Assembly (NCBI GenBank): GCA_947085535.1
Contig: CAMTWV010000002.1
Span: forward strand, 94,199 to 158,198
Source of the DNA: an uncultured Actinomycetes bacterium
GTDB taxonomy: Bacteria; Actinomycetota; Aquicultoria; Subteraquimicrobiales; CAMTWV01
Direction: 5' to 3'
DNA length: 64,000 nt
Part shown: one piece after another, positions 16,781 to 26,482 of the stretch
Position numbering within the stretch: the stretch's first letter is position 1
How the letters are laid out: every line of letters begins with the position of its first letter
Notes under the pieces: generated by a model
What the model was told of the DNA's origin: nothing
The model's database searches: none
What the model saw: only the letters and a program-made list of their open reading frames with translations
Made by a program: the position numbers and the translations under genes

Positions 16781-17758
16781 TTACTCTGTTTGGGTAAGCT
16801 TTTTGGTCAAATCAATTAAAATCTCAATAGTCTTTTCTTCTTTGAAGGGCGAAGAGAATCCAGCGGCGTTAGGATGTCCCCCTCCACCAAATTTTTCAGC
16901 AATTTTAATTACGTTAAATGGACCATGCGACCTCAAGCTCACCTTTATAGTTTTGTCGGGTAGCTCTTTTAAAATAGCTGCCACTTTTGTACCATTAATA
17001 CCTCTAATAATGTCGATAAAGTTTTCTGTTTCTTCCATTTTTGCGCCTGTTTGCGCGAGGTCTTTTTGGGTGATAACTGAGTAAGCAAGTCCAATTTCAG
17101 GAAGAAAGTTTAGCTTTTGAAGAGTATGCATAAGCAACTTAACACTTTCATGGGAATAATTTTCATAGACATTTTGAAAAACAAAATTAGGGGAAACACC
17201 GTATCCTAAAAGCTCTTCTGCCATTTTAAGAGTCTTTTTTGAAGTGTTTGAATACTGGAATTTGCCTGTGTCAGTAACAAGTCCTGTATAAAGACAAAGA
17301 GCAATTGAGTGGTCAATTTCCTCATTTAAATATTTAATTAAATCAAATATCACTTCTGTTGTGGCGCTAGCTTTTCCGTCAACTATGTTTATGACGCCGA
17401 ACATTTCGTTGTCTGCGTGATGATCGATGTTGACCAAGGTAATTGCACTTTTTGCTTCTTCGATGAGATTACCCAGACGCTCAATGTTAGCACAGTCTAA
17501 AGCAATGAATACTTCAGGTTTTTTAGGGCATTCGAAGTGTGGTTTTATAAGGTTTGCTCCCGGAAGAAAGGTATATTGAGGTGGGATGCGTAAAATTGGT
17601 TCACCCCAGCTTAAACAAACTTCTTTGCCCAGATTGGAGAGAAAAAGCCCCAAACCCAACAGCGAACTGATGCCATCGCCATCAGGCTGAACATGGGTGG
17701 CAACAACAAAACTGTTTGTCTTTTGAATTAAATTTGCAAATGGTTGAAAATCATTCAT
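16781..17758 (-). CDS. nrnA: DHH/DHHA1 phosphoesterase, NrnA-like nanoRNase / pAp phosphatase
   Basis: DGDGISS and NIDHHADN DHH motifs, GGGH DHHA1 motif. Start probably at MNDFQPF (ORF track start 17827 overlaps rbfA by 77 nt). Confidence 0.8.
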   Translation of the reverse strand: MNDFQPFANLIQKTNSFVVATHVQPDGDGISSLLGLGLFLSNLGKEVCLSWGEPILRIPPQYTFLPGANLIKPHFECPKKPEVFIALDCANIERLGNLIEEAKSAITLVNIDHHADNEMFGVINIVDGKASATTEVIFDLIKYLNEEIDHSIALCLYTGLVTDTGKFQYSNTSKKTLKMAEELLGYGVSPNFVFQNVYENYSHESVKLLMHTLQKLNFLPEIGLAYSVITQKDLAQTGAKMEETENFIDIIRGINGTKVAAILKELPDKTIKVSLRSHGPFNVIKIAEKFGGGGHPNAAGFSSPFKEEKTIEILIDLTKKLTQTE

Positions 17759-18107
17759 CAGGTGTTCCCTCGTGAATTTTTTTAAGTATTTCGGTAATTC
17801 TAATGCCGTACTCAATTGATTCATCAATTTTAAAAGTTAGTTCAGGGAGAAATTTAATTTGCACTCTTTTTCCCAATTCATTTCGAATATGACCTTTAGC
17901 GTGCTCTATTGCTTTAAATGTTCGCGCAATTTCCTTTTCTTTTCCCATAATACTTAAATAAACGTGGGCGTTTTTCAAGTCAGGAGAAACCTCAACGCTT
18001 GTAATGGTGACAAATCCAATACGAGGGTCTTTTAGCTCTTTCTGGAAAATAGACGATATAGTTTCTCTTAGAACTTTATTAACACGAAGAGTTCTTGGAC
18101 GTCGCAT
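17751..18107 (-). CDS. rbfA: ribosome-binding factor A
   Basis: 118 aa KH-like RbfA, RVNKVLRETISSIFQKELKDPRIGFVTIT. Confidence 0.9.
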   Translation of the reverse strand: MRRPRTLRVNKVLRETISSIFQKELKDPRIGFVTITSVEVSPDLKNAHVYLSIMGKEKEIARTFKAIEHAKGHIRNELGKRVQIKFLPELTFKIDESIEYGIRITEILKKIHEGTPDE

Positions 18108-18123
18108 ATCAGTTCCTTTCTTC

Positions 18124-18441
18124 TTAGTCAGGAGTCATGATTGAGACATTTGTTTTTAAGATGCTTACTGAATGCATTTGTTCAATAAAACGTTCAATGG
18201 TGTGAAGTGTTCTTTTTGCTTGAAAACTCGACTGGCTGATGCAAGCAATTCCTATTGTTGCTCTTTGCCAGAGGTCGTGATGGTCAACCTCATTTACTGC
18301 CGCATTAAATTGGTTTTTAACTTTATTTATGAGACTTTTAATTACCCGTCTTTTTTCTTTAAGGGAGTTGCAGCCGGGTATAAGCAAATCTAATTTCATT
18401 AAACCCACTACCATACAAACTCCTGATTCGATCGTAAGCAA
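18124..18441 (-). CDS. DUF503 (YlxP-like) protein
   Basis: 105 aa. Conserved position between infB and rbfA. Confidence 0.7.
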   Translation of the reverse strand: MLTIESGVCMVVGLMKLDLLIPGCNSLKEKRRVIKSLINKVKNQFNAAVNEVDHHDLWQRATIGIACISQSSFQAKRTLHTIERFIEQMHSVSILKTNVSIMTPD

Positions 18442-18444
18442 AAC

Positions 18445-20253
18445 TTAAACGCGCGGTTTTTCAATAATTTTATATGTTTCTATGATGTCTCCCTCTTTTA
18501 CATCATTGAAATTTTCAAGTCCAATGCCACATTCGAAACCAGATTTAACCACAGAGACATCTTCTTTAAATCGTCTTAGTGAGTGAATTAAGCCGTCGTA
18601 AACAACCACGCCATCTCGAATAAGTCTTGCTTTAGCGTCTAAATTAATTTCTCCATCCTGCACAAAAGTACCTGCAATAGTTCCTACTTTAGTGATTTTA
18701 AAAATAGCTCTAACTTCTGCTCGACCAAGGAGAATCTCCTCGTATTCAGGTTTTAACAAACCAATGCGAGCGGCGTTTATATCCTCAATAACTTGATAAA
18801 TTACCCGATAAGTTCGTATGTCAACTTTTTCTTTTCGAGCAAGCTCTCGGGCTTTTGGAGCAGGGCGAACATTGAAACCGATAATTATTGCGTTTGAAGC
18901 TGCCGCGAGCATAACATCAGTTTCACTGATTGCTCCAGCACCCTGATGGATAATGTTAATTTTTACTTCGGACTGGTCTAACTTGTTAAAAGAATCTCTT
19001 AAAGCCTCTACGGAACCTTGCACATCGGCTTTAATAATAAGATTTAACTCTTGAAGTTCGCCTTCTTGAATTTTCTGGAATAAGTCTTCCAGGCTTAATT
19101 TTTTCTCCCTTCCTCCTTCAATGATTCTAAGTTTTAAGGCACGTTCTTCGGCTTTCTGTCGGGCAACTTTTTCATCGGCGACTACCTTGATTTCATCGCC
19201 TGCATGTGGAACAGATGAAAAACCAATCACTTCTACAGGCATTGATGGGGTAGCTTCCTCCACAGGGTTTCCCTGGTCATTAGTGAGAGCGCGGACTTTA
19301 CCGTTAACTACACCACTAATTATGGAGTCACCAACTTTGAGTGTTCCTTGCTGTATAAGTACTGTAGCGACAGGTCCCCTTCCTTTGTCCAACTTCGCTT
19401 CAATGACAAATCCTTTAGTTGTGGCTTTGCAGCTTGCTTTTAGTTCCTGTAATTCGGCAGTGATTAAAATCATTTCAAGGAGATCATCGATATTAGTACC
19501 AAGTTTGGCTGAGATTTCCACAAAGATGGTGTCTCCTCCCCATTCCTCAGAAACGAGACCATATTCAGTTAGTTGTTGTTTTATTTTTTCCGGGTTAGCT
19601 TCGGGCTTGTCTATTTTATTGATAGCGACAATTATTGGTACTTTTGCGGCGTGAGCATGGTCAATGGCTTCTATTGTTTGAGGCATGACTCCATCGTCAG
19701 CGGCAACAACTAAAACAGCTATATCAGTAACTTTAGCACCGCGAGCTCGCATGGCTGTGAAAGCTTCATGGCCAGGTGTATCAATGAAGGTTATTTTTTT
19801 ATTATTTTTGATAACCTGATAAGCACCAATGTGCTGAGTAATTCCACCTGCTTCGGAAGCAATGACATTTGTTTTCCGAATTCCATCTAAAAGCGAAGTT
19901 TTTCCATGGTCAACGTGACCCATAACGGTAACAACAGGAGGCCGAGGCTCTAAATCTTCCAAAGTTTCTTTAACCTCGGGTGCTGTTTCTTCTACCGGGG
20001 AAACTATTTTTAATTCATAACCTAATTCTTCAGCCAGAACATTGATTGCCTCGTTGCTTAACGGCTGATTTATGGTAACCATTTCGCCTAAAGAAATTAG
20101 CCTTTTTATTATGTCACTCGGGTTCTTTTTAACAAGTTCAGCAAAATCTTTAACTGTGGCGCCTTCTGTAACAACTAATTCACCCAAGGACTTAGGATCA
20201 TCGAGTTTATGTTTATCTTCATTTTCGCTGTCGCTAACAATCTTTTTAACCAT
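18445..20253 (-). CDS. infB: translation initiation factor IF-2 (short form)
   Basis: G domain [22 protein letters not shown]-terminal beta-barrels. 602 aa. Confidence 0.95.
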   Translation of the reverse strand: MVKKIVSDSENEDKHKLDDPKSLGELVVTEGATVKDFAELVKKNPSDIIKRLISLGEMVTINQPLSNEAINVLAEELGYELKIVSPVEETAPEVKETLEDLEPRPPVVTVMGHVDHGKTSLLDGIRKTNVIASEAGGITQHIGAYQVIKNNKKITFIDTPGHEAFTAMRARGAKVTDIAVLVVAADDGVMPQTIEAIDHAHAAKVPIIVAINKIDKPEANPEKIKQQLTEYGLVSEEWGGDTIFVEISAKLGTNIDDLLEMILITAELQELKASCKATTKGFVIEAKLDKGRGPVATVLIQQGTLKVGDSIISGVVNGKVRALTNDQGNPVEEATPSMPVEVIGFSSVPHAGDEIKVVADEKVARQKAEERALKLRIIEGGREKKLSLEDLFQKIQEGELQELNLIIKADVQGSVEALRDSFNKLDQSEVKINIIHQGAGAISETDVMLAAASNAIIIGFNVRPAPKARELARKEKVDIRTYRVIYQVIEDINAARIGLLKPEYEEILLGRAEVRAIFKITKVGTIAGTFVQDGEINLDAKARLIRDGVVVYDGLIHSLRRFKEDVSVVKSGFECGIGLENFNDVKEGDIIETYKIIEKPRV

Positions 20254-20536
20254 TTTCCATCTTCCCGGAAGATAAGATTTTTACTGCTTCTAATTCTAAC
20301 TCTTTTATTTTTTCTAGAGTTAACTTAGATTTTAGCGAATACCCCAATCTTCCTTCCTTAATAGCTTTAGCTAAACATTCTTTGTTGTAGCAAATATACA
20401 CCCCACGGCCATTTAGTTTGCCTGTGGTGTCAACCTTAATTTCGTCTGATGGTGTTCGAACAACCCTTAAAAGCTCTTTTTTAGATTTAACTGCTTTACA
20501 ACCAACGCAAGTTCTTAAAGAAATCTTCTTAGGCAT
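20246..20536 (-). CDS. YlxR-family (DUF448) RNA-binding protein
   Basis: LRTCVGCK...GRGVYIC motif. 8-nt overlaps with nusA and infB. Confidence 0.8.
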   Translation of the reverse strand: MPKKISLRTCVGCKAVKSKKELLRVVRTPSDEIKVDTTGKLNGRGVYICYNKECLAKAIKEGRLGYSLKSKLTLEKIKELELEAVKILSSGKMENG

Positions 20537-21650
20537 TTGATTCCTTATCTTCTAAATTTTTGTGTCTTCCGCAATATTTGCTCCCTGGTTTGGCTTTTGC
20601 TTTGCATTGCCCGCCGCTTGAAGTAATTGCCTGGCATTGCTCAGAAGAAGTTTCGGTTTTAACCTCAATCTCAACCTCTTTTACTTGAGATTCACTTTTA
20701 ATATCGATTCGCAAACCAGTTAGTTTAGCTGCTAATCTTGCATTTTGGCCTTCTTTTCCTATGGCTAAAGAGAGCTGGTTATCAGGAACAATCACAAAGG
20801 CACCATGCTCTTTCTCGTTTATTTTTACTTCTTTAACTTTAGCTGGACTTAATGAGTTAGCCACAAAGATGGGAGCGTTTTCGTTCCATTCAATAATATC
20901 AATTTTTTCGCCTCTCAGCTCACTTGTGATCATGCGAACGCGAGAACCTTTAGGTCCGACGCATGCACCTATGGGGTCGATGCTTGGGTCGCGAGAAAAT
21001 ACAGCAACTTTTGAACGATGACCAGCTTCGCGAGCAATGGCTTTAATTTCGACAAAGCCATTGTAGATTTCAGGAACTTCAAGCTCAAAAAGCCTCATTA
21101 GAAGACCCGGATGAGTTCTTGATAGAACAATCTGGGGCTCTTTAGTTGTTTTTCTTACCTCAACAATATAAGCCTTTATTCGTGTTCCGTGTTCATATTT
21201 TTCTGTTGGAATTTGTTCAGTTGGGGGCAATAAGGCTTCGACGCGACCTAAATCCACAAGGGTATAACGTTGGTCGCTTTGTTCAATGATGCCTGTTACA
21301 ACCTCGCCTTCCCTATCAATGTATTCTTCATACATTTGTTTGCGCTCGGCTTCTTTAATTTTTTGCAAAATTACTTGTTTAGCAGTCTGCGTGGCGATTC
21401 GTCCAAAACTTTCAGAAGTTACTTCAATTTCAGTAATTTTTTCTTTGCCGTTTTCTTCAATTATTTGCTGAGAAAACACCCTAATCTCTCCTGTTTCTGG
21501 ATTGATGTCAACGCGAACATCTGCCTCTGTTCTATGGTCTCTTTTGTAGGCAGCAGCCAAGGCGGCTTTAAGGGTTTCTAAAACAATTTCCCGACTAATT
21601 CGTTTTTCAGTTTCTAATTGTTTTAAGGCATCAATGAGTCTTGGGATCAT
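20529..21650 (-). CDS. nusA: transcription termination/antitermination factor NusA with a C-terminal Cys/His tail
   Basis: N-terminal domain, S1, KH1/KH2. C-terminus CQAITSSGGQCKAKAKPGSKYCGRH instead of acidic repeats. Confidence 0.9.
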   Translation of the reverse strand: MIPRLIDALKQLETEKRISREIVLETLKAALAAAYKRDHRTEADVRVDINPETGEIRVFSQQIIEENGKEKITEIEVTSESFGRIATQTAKQVILQKIKEAERKQMYEEYIDREGEVVTGIIEQSDQRYTLVDLGRVEALLPPTEQIPTEKYEHGTRIKAYIVEVRKTTKEPQIVLSRTHPGLLMRLFELEVPEIYNGFVEIKAIAREAGHRSKVAVFSRDPSIDPIGACVGPKGSRVRMITSELRGEKIDIIEWNENAPIFVANSLSPAKVKEVKINEKEHGAFVIVPDNQLSLAIGKEGQNARLAAKLTGLRIDIKSESQVKEVEIEVKTETSSEQCQAITSSGGQCKAKAKPGSKYCGRHKNLEDKESNA

Positions 21651-21668
21651 TTTGGCTTTAGTCTCCTT

Positions 21669-22139
21669 TCAAAACTCAATATCCACTTTAAGGTGAGCTT
21701 TTAAAACAAGCTCATAAGGGATTTCATACAAGTTTTTATCACAATCAATAATAAATGCCTGGTTTCCACTGGCTTTTACAGTTCCTGTAAATTGCCGTCT
21801 TTTGTTTATAGGCTCAGCTGTTTTGACAAATATTTTAGAACCAACAAACCGTCTAAAGTCCTCTGGTTTGGTCAACGGCCTTTCGATTCCAGGCGAAGAA
21901 ACCTCTAAGTTATATGGCTCGTTAATTAAGTTATGAATATCGAGCAAAGGACTAATTATTTTACTTGCCCGACAACATACATCAAGGTTAACACCGCCTT
22001 CTCTGTCAATAAATAAACGCAAAACAAGTCCTCCCTGTGGCTCTCTTTTTAATTCGATATGTACAAGCTCGAGTGCTTCTTCGTTTAGCACAGGCGTGAT
22101 TATCTCTGTAATTTTTTCTAATATTTCCTCGTTTTTCAT
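21669..22139 (-). CDS. rimP: ribosome maturation factor RimP
   Basis: 156 aa, typical position upstream of nusA. Confidence 0.85.
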   Translation of the reverse strand: MKNEEILEKITEIITPVLNEEALELVHIELKREPQGGLVLRLFIDREGGVNLDVCCRASKIISPLLDIHNLINEPYNLEVSSPGIERPLTKPEDFRRFVGSKIFVKTAEPINKRRQFTGTVKASGNQAFIIDCDKNLYEIPYELVLKAHLKVDIEF

Positions 22140-22149
22140 CTTACCTAAC

Positions 22150-22180
22150 TAATGAAAAGAGTGGGTTTAAGCCCACTCTA
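22150..22180 (-). terminator. Rho-independent terminator after the GT2 gene, 20 nt upstream of the rimP start (possible nusA-operon leader attenuator)
   Basis: Minus strand AGAGUGGGCUUAAACCCACUCU (8-bp GC-rich stem, 6-nt loop) followed by UUUUCAUU. Confidence 0.6.
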
Positions 22181-22251
22181 AGTCGAGTTTAAATTTCATA
22201 TTTAATTTAACATAATTAAGGCAATTGTGCAAACAGGAACGAGTTCTAAAG

Positions 22252-22947
22252 TTATTTTGTTTTAAACAGATGGGAAAATATTTCTTTGTACATTTTGAGA
22301 CGATAAACAAATCCGTGCGGATAGCCCAACTTTTCCTCTTTCATAACGTGGGTTAAATTTTTCAAGAGTACTTCTTTTAATCTGGTTTTCTTAGTTTTTG
22401 CATGTTGGGTAAAGATTATTTCTACTGCAAAACCAGAAGAGGCAAAATCCGGGATATCCCGGACAAAATTTCGTCTGAAAGCTCTTTGTCCTGATATAAA
22501 AGGAACCATTTTTTGGGAAAGGTCGGTGCAGATTCTACCCCCTGAGAATTTACCCACTGTCATCATAAGTTTTGGGTCTTGAATTAAAGGGTCGACTAAA
22601 CTTTTAAGGTGATTGACGGTTAATCCAACAAGGTCTGCGTCAATAAAGGCAATAATATCTCCTTTAGCAGAATCGAGCCCGTCTTTTAAAGCCGCGCCTT
22701 TTCCACCGTTTTTTTCGCGGTTTATTAGTTTTACTGCAGGGTAGGTTTTTACTATTTCGGCTGTCTTATCTGTGGAACCATCGTTGACAACAATTATTTC
22801 ATCGATGAATGATGCCTTGCTGACAGTATCAAGAACTGGCTTTACATGATTTTCTTCATTGTAAGCAGGTATAATAACAGAGATTTCTGGCAAATCTTTC
22901 TTGTTAGTAAGACCTGGCAAAGTAAACCCTCTCCCCTTCTTTTTCAC
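22252..22947 (-). CDS. family-2 glycosyltransferase (polyprenyl-phosphate sugar transferase-like)
   Basis: VIIPAYNEE...DGSTDKT...DADL GT-A motifs. The annotated ATG overlaps proS by 44 nt, so the true start is probably later and non-ATG. Confidence 0.75.
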   Translation of the reverse strand: MKKKGRGFTLPGLTNKKDLPEISVIIPAYNEENHVKPVLDTVSKASFIDEIIVVNDGSTDKTAEIVKTYPAVKLINREKNGGKGAALKDGLDSAKGDIIAFIDADLVGLTVNHLKSLVDPLIQDPKLMMTVGKFSGGRICTDLSQKMVPFISGQRAFRRNFVRDIPDFASSGFAVEIIFTQHAKTKKTRLKEVLLKNLTHVMKEEKLGYPHGFVYRLKMYKEIFSHLFKTK

Positions 22948-24346
22948 ACACTACGCATTTGCCTGTGCCCTCTTTTGTGAGGGGTATGAAGCGTATAGTT
23001 GCCATAGTTTTCTCTTTAACATGAGCTTCGCAATCAGGGTTTCCACACCAGAAAGCACGGACAAATCCTTTTTTATTTGAAATGATGTTTTCTAACCCTT
23101 TAAGATTTTTCGCATCAGAAGTAAGTTCTTCCCTGAACCTCAAAGCTTTATTAAATAAATCTTTTTGGATTTCACCAAGGAGTTCTCTTACTCGTCCCGG
23201 GGCGTCCTCAAATGAAACAAACTCTTTGACTCGATTGTCTCTTCTAAATAAAACTACCTGATTTTTTTTAATGTCTTTAGGTCCAATTTCTAATCGTAAA
23301 GGTACCCCTTTAAGCTCCCATTCGTTAAATTTCCAGCCAGGGGTATACTCCTTTCGGTCATCGATTTCTACTCTTATGTCAGGAAACATTTCCTTAAGTT
23401 CGCTTAATTTAGCCGAAACGATTTCTTCATTTTCTTTCTTGCCAAAAATTGGAATAATGACTAATTGAGTCGGGGCAATTTTTGGGGGAAAAACAAGCCC
23501 AAAATCATCGCCGTGAACCATAATAACAGCGCCAATCAAACGGGTAGATACTCCCCAACTGGTTTGCCAGACATATTTTCTTTCGCCGTCCATGTCCTGA
23601 AAAGTGATATTAAACACTCGGGCGAAATGTTGACCGAGATTGTGAGAAGTACCAGCTTGAAGTGCTTTTCCGTCGCCCATTAAAGCTTCCAGGGTATAAG
23701 TTCTAAGTGCGCCAGCAAATTTTTCTTTTTCTGTTTTTTGTCCAATATAAACCGGTATAGCCAATTCGGTTTCAGCAAAGTCTTTATAGACATTGAGCAT
23801 TTTTAAAGTTTCTTCCTCTGCCTCTTCTTCAGTTCGGTGAGCTGTGTGTCCTTCTTGCCATAAAAATTCGGTTGTTCTTAAAAAAAGTCGAGTTACTTTC
23901 TCCCAGCGAACCACATTTGCCCATTGATTAATTAAGACAGGCAAGTCTCGCCAGGAATCAATCCACTTAGCATACATACTGCAAATAATTGCCTCCGATG
24001 TCGGCCTTATAGCTAATTTTTCTTCTAATTTTTCTCGGCCCGCATGAGTTACCCAGGCAACTTCTGGGGCAAATCCTTCCACATGCTCGGCTTCTTTCTC
24101 TAAAAGGCTTTCAGGAACGAAAATGGGGAAATAAGCATTCTTATGGCCTGTTTCTTTTATGCGTTTACCCAACAAAACTTGCATGTTTTCCCAGAGTGCA
24201 TAGCCAAAAGGACGAATAACCATACAACCTTTAATGGGAGCGTAATCTGCAAGCTGTGCTTTGGTAATTACATCTGTATACCAGCGAGAGTAATCCTCGC
24301 TTTTGTCAACAATGGCTTCAACAAACTTACTCTCCTCTTTTGTCAT
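22904..24346 (-). CDS. proS: prolyl-tRNA synthetase, archaeal/eukaryote-like type (no INS editing domain, C-terminal zinc-binding domain ending in Tyr)
   Basis: Class II motifs, WYTDVI N-terminus, C-terminal CGNPDCE...CVVCEKEGERVYFARSY. Confidence 0.9.
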   Translation of the reverse strand: MTKEESKFVEAIVDKSEDYSRWYTDVITKAQLADYAPIKGCMVIRPFGYALWENMQVLLGKRIKETGHKNAYFPIFVPESLLEKEAEHVEGFAPEVAWVTHAGREKLEEKLAIRPTSEAIICSMYAKWIDSWRDLPVLINQWANVVRWEKVTRLFLRTTEFLWQEGHTAHRTEEEAEEETLKMLNVYKDFAETELAIPVYIGQKTEKEKFAGALRTYTLEALMGDGKALQAGTSHNLGQHFARVFNITFQDMDGERKYVWQTSWGVSTRLIGAVIMVHGDDFGLVFPPKIAPTQLVIIPIFGKKENEEIVSAKLSELKEMFPDIRVEIDDRKEYTPGWKFNEWELKGVPLRLEIGPKDIKKNQVVLFRRDNRVKEFVSFEDAPGRVRELLGEIQKDLFNKALRFREELTSDAKNLKGLENIISNKKGFVRAFWCGNPDCEAHVKEKTMATIRFIPLTKEGTGKCVVCEKEGERVYFARSY

Positions 24347-24350
24347 ATCT

Positions 24351-25403
24351 TCACCTCTTTGCCACTTTTTCTATTTCAGCTAAAAGTGCTTTTATTAGCT
24401 CTTTTTCAGGCACTTTTTTAATGGCTTTTCCTCGGGCAAAAAGTACCCCGCTCCCTTTTCCGCAAGCTATTCCTATATCAGCTTCTCGTGCTTCGCCAGG
24501 TCCATTAACAATACAGCCCATAACAGCAACAGTTATAGGTGAATTATACCTTAAAAGTGCCCGTTCGACTTCTTCGGCAATCGGAATTAAATTTACTTCA
24601 CACCGACCACAGGTAGGACAAGAAATAAGAATAGGTCCCTTTATTAAATTAAGAGTTTTTAAAATTTCTTTGGCAACCAGTACTTCATTAATTGGATTAG
24701 CGGTTAGAGAAACACGAATTGTATCGCCAATTCCTTCGTAAAGCAGCATACCCAGACCAATTGCTGATTTTACTGTGCCTGAGGTAATTGTTCCAGCTTC
24801 AGTTATTCCTAAATGTAATGGGTAGTCTATTTTCTTAGCTATTGAACGGTAAGCTTTAATGGTAGTTAAAACCGATGAGGATTTAACGGAAATAACTAAA
24901 TCATAAAAGTTCAATTTTTCGCAAAAATCAATATATTCAAGTGCGCTTTCAACTAAAGCTTGAGCGAGATTTTCTTCTCTTTTTGCCCCGTATTTTTTAT
25001 GAAGAGAACCAGCGTTTACCCCGATTCTTACGGGTATCTTTTTTTCTCTGGCTTTTTCAATAATAGCTGCTACTTTAGCTTCATTCCCGATATTACCCGG
25101 ATTAATTCGTATTTTGTCAGCCCCGGCTTCAATCGCAGCAATAGCTAAACGCCAGTCAAAATGTATATCGGCAACAATTGGGATTTTTATTCTCTTTTTA
25201 ATTTCAGAAATAGCTAAGGCGGACTCTCTATCCGGAACAGCCACTCTAATTATTTCGCAACCTGCCTGCTCAAGTTCTTTTATTTGAGCTGCTGTTGCTT
25301 GAACATCAGAGGTTTTTGTGGTTGTCATGGACTGTATGGATATTGGGGCGTTATCGCCAATTGTAAGAGTGCCAACTTTTATTTCTTTTGAAAAGCGACG
25401 CAT
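24351..25403 (-). CDS. ispG: 4-hydroxy-3-methylbut-2-en-1-yl diphosphate synthase (GcpE)
   Basis: 350 aa, TIM-barrel plus C-terminal CPTCGRC ... C 4Fe-4S motif. Confidence 0.9.
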   Translation of the reverse strand: MRRFSKEIKVGTLTIGDNAPISIQSMTTTKTSDVQATAAQIKELEQAGCEIIRVAVPDRESALAISEIKKRIKIPIVADIHFDWRLAIAAIEAGADKIRINPGNIGNEAKVAAIIEKAREKKIPVRIGVNAGSLHKKYGAKREENLAQALVESALEYIDFCEKLNFYDLVISVKSSSVLTTIKAYRSIAKKIDYPLHLGITEAGTITSGTVKSAIGLGMLLYEGIGDTIRVSLTANPINEVLVAKEILKTLNLIKGPILISCPTCGRCEVNLIPIAEEVERALLRYNSPITVAVMGCIVNGPGEAREADIGIACGKGSGVLFARGKAIKKVPEKELIKALLAEIEKVAKR

Positions 25404-25416
25404 TTTTCTTTCCTCG

Positions 25417-26448
25417 TTACCAGCCAGGTGAAACTTGGGGAAGTAATCTCATAATATCTGAAAATATGACATAAAGCATTAAAATTAGTAGAAGAGTCAT
25501 ACCAACAGCCTGAATGATTGCCAATTTTGATGCGTCTACAGGTTTTTTTCTTATTTTTTCGGCTAAAAATATCAAGACTATTCCTCCGTCGAGAGGCGGT
25601 ATGGGGATTAAGTTGACAATAGTTAAGTTTAAGCTGATTATCGATAAAAACATGAGAAAATCAAGAAAACTTTCTCTCGCAACCTGTGTTGCTTCTGAAA
25701 CGATTCCTATGGGTGAACGGGCTTCTTTGAAAAATGTGTCAAGTTGTTGTGTGATGAGTTTGTAAAATAATTTAAGCATTTCCTTAAAAACGGCAAATGT
25801 CCACGTTACTCCCTCTTTAATTGAACCAACTAGCCCCAAACTTCTTGTTTCGAGTTTTGTTTCAACACCTAAAAATCCAATTGAATCCTTTTCAGCAAGT
25901 GTTGTTTTAAGCGCGACTCTTTTATCATTTCTTAAAACAACAAATTCAACTTCTTTATTTGGATTGGCTCGGATAATTTTAATAATTTCACTCCATTCTG
26001 AAACCTTAGCTCCGTTAATTTCAACTATTTTGTCTCCACTTTGAAAACCAACCTTTTCGGCAGGAAAACCTTGAAGAGTATGTTTAATAGTGTTTGTGGG
26101 GTAAGGAACACCGATTAAAAAAACAGTGGTGGCTAAAAATATTGGAAGAATAAAATTCATCAATGGTCCAGCTAAAATTACGGTAATTTTTTTCCAGATG
26201 GGCTGGAGTTCAAAAAGATGTTTAGAATTTTTGCTACCTTTGGAATCAGCGAATTTCACATAACCGCCAAGAAGAAGTGCTGTGACCCCATAAGTAGTCT
26301 CTTTTCTTTTGAATTTGAAAAGCTTAGGTCCTGGTAGCCCTAACATGAATTCGTTTACTTCAATTTTCATTAGTTTCGCGGCAATAAAATGGCCAAATTC
26401 GTGAACAAAAATTAAAAGCCCAATACCTATTATTGCTATGATGACCAT
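25417..26448 (-). CDS. rseP: RIP site-2 zinc metalloprotease RseP (M50) with PDZ domain
   Basis: HEFGHFIAA and LDGG motifs in TM helices. PDZ in the middle. Confidence 0.9.
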   Translation of the reverse strand: MVIIAIIGIGLLIFVHEFGHFIAAKLMKIEVNEFMLGLPGPKLFKFKRKETTYGVTALLLGGYVKFADSKGSKNSKHLFELQPIWKKITVILAGPLMNFILPIFLATTVFLIGVPYPTNTIKHTLQGFPAEKVGFQSGDKIVEINGAKVSEWSEIIKIIRANPNKEVEFVVLRNDKRVALKTTLAEKDSIGFLGVETKLETRSLGLVGSIKEGVTWTFAVFKEMLKLFYKLITQQLDTFFKEARSPIGIVSEATQVARESFLDFLMFLSIISLNLTIVNLIPIPPLDGGIVLIFLAEKIRKKPVDASKLAIIQAVGMTLLLILMLYVIFSDIMRLLPQVSPGW

Positions 26449-26482
26449 TGATAACTCCTTTATTCAAACTTTGAATTTTGAC

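Noticed and set aside
19121-19654. 177-aa plus-strand ORF
   Set aside because: Antisense to the infB G-domain. No SD, Ser/Thr-rich low complexity.
24340-24741. 133-aa plus-strand ORF
   Set aside because: Antisense to the ispG C-terminal Fe-S domain.
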